64,000 bases of DNA from the human T2T-CHM13v2.0 reference genome, Homo sapiens, in NCBI RefSeq assembly GCF_009914755.1, contig NC_060934.1; one strand, given 5' to 3'. Positions 55,761 through 64,000 of this stretch are shown here, piece by piece. Both the position numbers and the translations under genes were made by a program. Within the stretch, counting starts at the first letter, position 1. Every line of letters begins with the position of its first letter. The notes beneath the pieces were generated by a model. That model had not been told where the DNA came from. It did no database searches and saw only the letters and a list, made by a program, of their open reading frames with translations.

Positions 55761-57814
55761 GTTGTGCTTCATAAATTAATGAAACAGCCATTTCTAGGCT
55801 AAGATGCAATAGGACTTTAACAATGTAAAGCAACATTAGCAGTGATCTTGGCTACAGATTGAGTTGGGGGAACAGATTACACCCCCTCTGGAAATGGAGA
55901 AAAATCTAAAGAAAATATTGCTTTAAAAGAAAGAATCTCAGGGAGTTATATCTGCCAATAAGGGACAACCCTGGTTAGGGTTTTCTCAATGATAGTTAAA
56001 TTACATCAAATTAGGGTTTAGGGACATGATTTCTCCAAGATGCCAAAAAAAAAGAGAACTGTATAGCAGCTCTAGGATTTATCTAGCTACACGTTTAAAC
56101 TTCCATTTCCAAGTTATATGCAAGATTTTGTAACTGAAAGCTCACAGAAAGTAGGATTTAAAAGGGCTGAAAATTTTTCCCTCTTCCTTTTTCTCCCTTT
56201 GGAAAAATGTCATGTGATGATGTATTTGTACCTATCCAAAGAAAGCATACATTAAAGGAAAGAACTTCCTTCATATAACGATGTGTGGAAAGGAAAATGG
56301 AACACAGTGGCTGAAAAAGAGCCATTATTTGTAGGGTTCTACTCCAGACTTTTGTTGGATGACATGTGACAAATATGGCATAAATAACAGAAAATAGGGA
56401 TGTTTTTGAATTATGAGCAGAAGAGAATTCTAATTTTCCACCTATATAGCTTATAAAATCTGAAAGTTGTTTATATTTGGAGTTGAGATGTCAAAGAAGG
56501 GAACGAATTCCATTGGTATGGTTGGCTTTTTATATAATATGTCTATTTACATGGATGTTTAAGCTGGTTGCTTGAATAAATTCAAATTTTTAGTAATTTC
56601 AAAGAGTTTAGGTGATTTAATATAGTCATGCGAAAGAATCTCAAGACTAGAGGGTCTTATCATTGGGCAAATTCATGTGCTGGAAATGGAAGGTAGAGAA
56701 ATAACGTGATTTAATGTCATACTAATTCTACATTCTGGGAGAATTTACTTTATTTAAAATATAGTGAAGAACCTTGAACATAGTCATGTGATTTGTACGA
56801 AGATGCCTAGAACATGGAAATATATACTCTAATAAAAAAAATTTTTTAAATCTGCTAGGAAGTTTTAAATGCACGTTAACATTCAGAATGATATATAGAA
56901 TCAAAGAAACCATTTGCATGATTTATACCTTTAAAATAAATCTGAATTTGGCTACAATTAATTGAAGAGTAATGGAATAAGTATTTTTTTGAATTATTTG
57001 AATTTCCTAAGACAGGTCATTCCTTCATTGTATGTTTTACTTGGGTAGGTCTGAGCACATCTCATTACTTATTAAAGCTTATTTGATTGTGCAAAAAAAA
57101 AAAAACAAACAATTTTTCTTGGATGTTCAACCATTTCTAAAACAACTTTCTGAAAATAAATCATCATTGTCTCCTTGAATAACAAGAAATAAAAGAATAC
57201 ATGCCAACCACCTATTATTATCAAATTCTTAGTAGAAGAATTTGAGACATTTTGGTACTTTTGATATTTGAAAAGAATTTATGAGACAGAGAAGCAGTAG
57301 AATTAAATATTTCATGAGAAGGAATTCTGTCAGAGTAGTTATTAATAATTCTTCTAATTGTACCTGTAAATGTTGGATATTCCTAATTTGAGCTATCTCT
57401 GAGCTGTGGGGTGTGTTTAACATTTAAATAATTATCTTGTTTGGTTTCTGAAGCTGCCATCACACAGGAAGTAGACTGCTAGAATCATTTACTTGCAGAC
57501 CTAAAGAATTTCAGGGTGAGAAGAGATTAGTTCTTTAATTTTGTAAGTAAATAAACTAATAAAAGCAGAATTCAAATAGGATTTGATTAAATTTACACAG
57601 CTATGCCATGAAAGAATTCTTCATCCCTAGTGGAATTTCCCATGCCTCTGTTTCATTTTATCTCAAGGATAAATGCTTCTGATTCCTAGTCATGGAAACT
57701 TCCAAAGACACTTCCCAGAGAATAGACATTTTCAAGTAACTGGATGTGCAAAAGGCAGTACCGTGTGAGTCTGCTATGTATTTTCACTTTGTAGAGATAA
57801 TGTGTTCTTATCAT

Positions 57815-58172
57815 GATGCTACCCTCCCACACATGGATCCCTGAACCAAGACGGGCCAATCAGAGCCCTCTCTCTTGGACCTGGGAATTGTGACAGAAAG
57901 TTAGTGTCATATGACTGTCCTTTCCCACTGAATGCAGGTGTCCTTGGTGGCATCCTGTAGCTCTTGGAGGAGATGCAGCTGGTCGTTTCACAGCAAGATA
58001 TGATGGGCAGAGCATTTTGTTGGCACATTGCTGGCTTCCAAGGTCTGGGTGCAGTCACTTGCAGGAACCAGCAGTATTGACTATTTAGCACACCACTGAA
58101 CCTTTTTTAGGAATTCATCATTTTGTTCTCTTTCTCTCTTAAGCCAGTTCAAAGGGGGTCTGTCACTTTAAA
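57815..58172 (+). mobile_element. Old MLT1 (J/K/L-type) LTR relic
   Basis: gaaccaagacgggccaatcagagccctc...cttaagccagttcaa..tctgtcactt. Confidence 0.6.
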
Positions 58173-59020
58173 TAATGCCTAATCCGTGTTTATCCTTTTG
58201 AAGATCTTTACAGAAGGGAGAAGAATGCCTTTTGTGACTACTGAAAGTACAAAGAACTACCCTTCACTCATGGAAATGAACATGGCCATAGGTTTTCTTT
58301 TCCTTCTTTCTCTTTTCTCCCCCTTCACTTCATACCTTTTGACTCTGCTAACGTGTTGAGTTCTCATTATGTACTGTGGATTGTTTCACATAGCTCTTCT
58401 CATTTTATCTCAGCGAGCTATTCAGTATTTTTTAATTTTTTTCATAAGATGAGGTACACCTATTTCCTAATCAAACCCGTTTTGTATTGTGTTTGTTTCC
58501 AGCCTTTGACATTTAGAGAAAAAAAAAAAAAAAAGAACTTTGGTTTTGGAGTGGAGCTTTTTAACATGACTGAAGAGTTGGACACAGAAGCAGAAAGCCC
58601 AAGTATTATTTATCTTGAACTAAGGGGAAGATTTATTTAACTATCTACAGTGACTATTTTGTAAAGATAGTGGTAATTTTGCAGTCATTCTCTATCTTTT
58701 CCAAAGACCACAGTAAGATTAAATGGACTTAAACTAAAATATTAGAGATGCAGTTGAAAAGAAAAGATTGTCCAGATGGTAAAAGCTGTTGACTACCATA
58801 TAGTGTGCTAAATAGTGCAACATAATCCCTTCTACTATACTAAAAAGACAGGATATTTATCTGTCTGGTATTTTGTGGTTATTGTTTCCCCTAATAATTT
58901 TAAGTACACTATCTTATGGAGGTTGCATTTAATAATTTCATACATTTCTCTTATGATAGGCAAGTTCTGTAGTTACTATGTACTATCTTACATGACTCAA
59001 AACATTTCTCATTAAATCTA

Positions 59021-59349
<329 letters not shown>

Positions 59350-60220
59350 TAATTGGGTTCTTCAAAAAATACTCGAAAGAAAAGTCAAATCTACTTTCTG
59401 GTGTATATTATATCGTTTTATCCTTAGTTGACGAAATGTTCATTTAAATATTTGTAGGGGAAAATCAAGCAGCTATTTGTAATAACAAGGAGATGTATAT
59501 TATGAATAATTATGCCTCCAGTTAATTCAAAAGCAGCATTTTAGCCACTAATTGTAATCTCACCACTTTAAAAAGTCTCTTTGTCATGCACTTACTTAGA
59601 GAAGTTATAATAATTTTGTTCAGCTTCCTCTCCATCCTTATACACTTGCCATTAGAGTGGCTGAAGATCAAACGTAGGCTGAACATTTTCACAGAGGAGG
59701 ATTCTGGAGCTGAAGTATGGAGTTAACCCACGATTATTGAATAATCCAGATTTAGCCAACTTTTGCTGTTTGCTGATTTGATAGAACTTTTTTTTTTCTT
59801 ATAAGTGTTCTGTAACATTAGGATATTTTTCAGTATACACATGTATCTTTACAGTAATAGATGCTAAATTTAAGCATTTCTGTAATGTTCTGTATAATCT
59901 ACTTTAGGTATTGGGTGAATATTCTATGCTTCTAATGTAAGGAGTTTTATGTCTTCACTATATTTCTCCCAGAAACAAGACCACACCTTTGCAGAGTGAA
60001 AATTCTTTAATTGAGAAGACATTATGTAAAATTCATCCCATAAAGTGCTTTAGCACATAAGCATAACCATATACTAATGGCATGGCTTTAATTTATTGGT
60101 CAAGACCTGTTGAAGCACAAAATTGCTGTGCGTTGTAAAACATTAGACCACACGAAGCTCCCTGGGCCACTGGCTTTCTTCACACACTTTGCTGAATATT
60201 TTTCCCTTTTCCCTTGTACC

Positions 60221-60302
60221 CTAAAGAAATACTTCAAGTAGGAACAGTCTCTAAAGAAGTAGGAACAGCCTTCTAAAGAAATACTTCAAGTAGGAACAGT
60301 CT
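60221..60302. repeat. A-A'-A local triplication
   Basis: ctaaagaaatacttcaagtaggaacagtct (60221-60250, 60273-60302) flanking the shortened copy ctaaagaagtaggaacagcctt. Confidence 0.92.
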
Positions 60303-60956
60303 CATCTTGTCCTTTTAGATCTATTAAATCAAACTGACCCATCCTAAGAAAATGGGCTATTTCAGTGACTTGTCTACTTGAATGAGCAGGTAATAATAAA
60401 GGTGATTTGTGTTTCATTTTGGAGGAAATGGACTTTTGCTATGCATTGTTTGTTGGGAACATCACTTGCCATATTTGATAGAATGTCGCCTTTGCACCAT
60501 TAAAATGGCTTGGTATTAATTCTTACTACTTTCCTCTAAAAACTCGTGGGCTAATTTTTACTTTCCCGTAGCGATGATGCAGAAACGGCCACAAATTTCA
60601 TAACGATTTGAAGAATTTTAGATTATAACTGCAATGTTCTCATGAACCTGAAATCACTTTGGTATGCTTTCCGGTAGGTGCAGAATTTCTCGAGTTTTCT
60701 TGCAGTCTGATGGTAGTAAATATTCTCCCGAAGAATAGAGAAGTGAAAGGTATAATCCCACTGAGAAGCCATCCCATCGGCTTCTGTATTTAAAAAATGC
60801 AAATAAGGTGCAGATTAAGAATCTGCTTTTTTTTCCCTCCAACTTCTGACATGAAAATCTTCAGAGTATATATGAATTCACATGGATATGCCAGATATTA
60901 TATATTTGGAATGTATGTTTCCTTGTCTGTTAACTCGTGTGGTTGGTAACTTTTCA

Positions 60957-61729
<773 letters not shown>

Positions 61730-62920
61730 TGTTCATATTTCTGCCCAGATAAATACAAGAGCACTTGTAGATTTCTTGGCCCTTTAAAGGCTTCTTTTGC
61801 TGACCTAGTAACTGTAATGTGGCTCCTCATTGAGGAGTCTGTCTTTTTGTCAGTGTCTCAGGTGGTTTAACAAGGGAGTCCCTTGAGACAATTTAAAAAA
61901 TCTTGACGTGCTTGTAGCAGACCAAAGTCATGCAGTCCTGCTGGTGATTAGGTATTCTTCCTGTCCTGCAAACCTTCAATTTGTTTGGAATTGGATACCA
62001 TCCTGGCAACACTCACTGAGGATCTGCTTTGCCAAGGCCGGGCTGGCCTGAATTCAGTTCTCTTGGCCTTGGTTTTTTATTCTTCCTTGTACAGCCCAGA
62101 TGGAATGGAGGATGGCTTTTAGCCTTGTGGTTCTAGTGAAATCCTTGGCTGAGAGTGGTTTGTTATGTGACCTGAATTGTCTGTGGGCTCATCAGATCCA
62201 CAGAGGACTCCACAGTGTTTCCATGTTATCTTGTCTGTGCTTCCCAAGTACACTCATATGCTTAGAGTCAGTTCAATTGCCTCTGGATAGCAGCGAATTA
62301 ACTGAGTCTTGTGGAGTGAGAAGAGCCCGTATCTAACTCCAACAAACTACTTTCATTCAGTGTGACAAAGCCCCCAGTTCACTCCAATCAGATATGAAGG
62401 ATTTATATTATGCTGTTCTCTGTTAAGTTGAAAAAGGTTTCCAGAGGACTGGAAATATATTTTCACACCCGCTTCCAAATCCCCTGTTATAATTTTGGAC
62501 AAGACCATGCAAGACAACATGGATTCAAATTGGACCCAATGCTGCATCCTGCTCAAATTCCCTTTGCCCGTTGATTAAGGATAGCAATGGATCAGGCAGA
62601 ATGCTTCCAATATTGAAATCACTGTTAACATCATTATGAATTGGTTGTGGCATAACAGAGAATTTTCTCAAAGCAGCTCAGTTGAATCTGCTGATTCCTC
62701 ATGGAATCCCCTGCCTCCAATCATCTCCTCCTCTACCTAATTCTAGATGTCACTGCCTGAGTGAGTAATCTTCGAAAATGTAGATTTAATAATAGGGGAT
62801 GGGGAAGCCTCTCATTGTTTAAATTAAAAAAACATTAATATTCAATACTCTCTATAACTTTTCTTTCTGGCTTCAGCTTCCACTCTATCTCTTCACTCCA
62901 ACCAAATTAAATATGTTGTT

Positions 62921-63889
62921 TGTAGTAGGAAGAATGAAACCTTTCCCTCCCCTGACCCCCTGACCGATGATGTCCACATCCTATTTCCCAGAACCTGTGA
63001 CTCTGTTACTTACATGGCTAAGGGGAAGGAAGTTTGCAGAAGGAATTAAATTTTCTTATCAGTTCCTTTAAGATGGAGAGTTTATCCTGGATTGATCTAG
63101 TGGGCCTGCTGTAATCTCCAGCAGTGGTCCCTAACCTTTATGGCACCAGAGACCGGTTTTGTGAAAGACAGTTTTTCCGTGGACGGGGCGAGGGAGGGAT
63201 GGTTTGGGGATGATTCAAACACATTGCATTTATTGTGCACTTTATCTCAACTAGACAGTCCCATCGGTGGGTGATGGGAGACAGAGGCAGATCATCAGGC
63301 ATTAGATTCTCCTAAGGAGCATGCAGCCTAGATCCCTCCATGTGCAGTTTACAATAGGCTTTGTGCTCCTGTGAGAATCAAGTGCCATCGCTGATCCGAC
63401 AGGAGGTGGAGCTCAGGCGGTAATACGAGTGACGAGGAGTAGCTGCAGATACAGATGGAGCTCACCTGCCACTCACCTCCTGCTGTGCAGCCTGGTCCCT
63501 AACAAACCACGGACCTATACTTGTCGGGTCCATGGCCCTGGGGTTGGGGGCCTCTGATCTCAAGGGTCCTTATAAGTAAAAAGCGGAACTGAGAGAGAGA
63601 ATAAAGAAAGATTTGAAGATTCTAGACAGCTGGCTTTGGAGATGAAGATAGGGGAAGCCAAGGAATGCAAATGACCTATAGAAGCTAAAAAAAGCAAAGA
63701 CAACAACAACAAAAAATTGAATTATTCCCTAGAGCCTGTAGAAAAATGCAGCCCTATGGAAACTTTGATTTTATTTCAGTGAGACCAGTTTTGAACCTCT
63801 GACCTCCAAAACTGTATGGTAAGAGACTAGAGTTGTTTCAGCCTCTGCGTTAGTGGTAACTTGTTATAGCAGCAATGGGAAACACACCA
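62921..63889 (+). mobile_element. MLT1D-like LTR interrupted by MER1A
   Basis: tgtagtagg..gatgtccacatcc..gaacctgtga..ggctttggagatg..ttgttatagcagcaat; TSD ttgtt/ctgtt. Confidence 0.82.
63122..63556 (+). mobile_element. MER1A (hAT-Charlie), internally deleted
   Basis: cagtggtccctaacc / ggttgggggcctctg TIRs, cagatcatcaggcattagattctc; TSD atctccag/atctcaag. Confidence 0.88.
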
Positions 63890-63894
63890 CTGTT

Positions 63895-64000
63895 GAGTGC
63901 AGTAGTTGTAAAAACAGACTCAGAGCCCAGGCTATCAGGTTTGAATCCTGACCCCGATGCTAGCTCTGTGTCCCTGGCAAGTTACTTGACATTTTCTAGG
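63895..64000 (+). mobile_element. MIR (runs off the window)
   Basis: ggtttgaatcctg..tagctctgtgtccctggcaagttactt. Confidence 0.75.

Noticed and set aside
60570-60655. C/D-box snoRNA (gatgatg...ctga)
   Set aside because: No canonical RTGATGA box C and no terminal stem

Overview
This is AT-rich primate (human or great-ape-like) genomic DNA, not prokaryotic. It contains no complete protein-coding gene, rRNA, tRNA or CRISPR array. Much of it is recognisable transposable elements: about 20 Alus including one near-consensus AluY, 8 LINE-1 copies, MIR/L2/L4 relics, LTRs (MER74A, MSTA x2, LTR1B, MER57, MLT1, and an LTR with a tRNA-Phe primer-binding site) and hAT DNA transposons (Charlie1b, MER33, MER58A, MER63A, MER1A). 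All subfamily names were assigned by eye from remembered consensus sequences, not by a database search. All 8 L1 copies lie on the minus strand, which suggests a large intron of a plus-strand gene; I cannot identify that gene. The ORF track is L1 ORF2 debris, Alu or low-complexity translations and chance ORFs. I cannot support a new biological system here. The best leads are: (1) a candidate TATA/Inr alternative promoter with a short coding first exon at 41607-41859; (2) a 5'-inverted L1 carrying an apparent 3' transduction inside a perfect 15-bp TSD (10739-11397); (3) an internally deleted L1PB with a perfect 22-bp palindrome at the deletion junction; (4) a ~0.9-kb dispersed duplication (30.0 kb copied to 49.7 kb) that splits a MIR; (5) a 124-bp direct repeat 1 kb apart; (6) a tandemly duplicated forkhead site.
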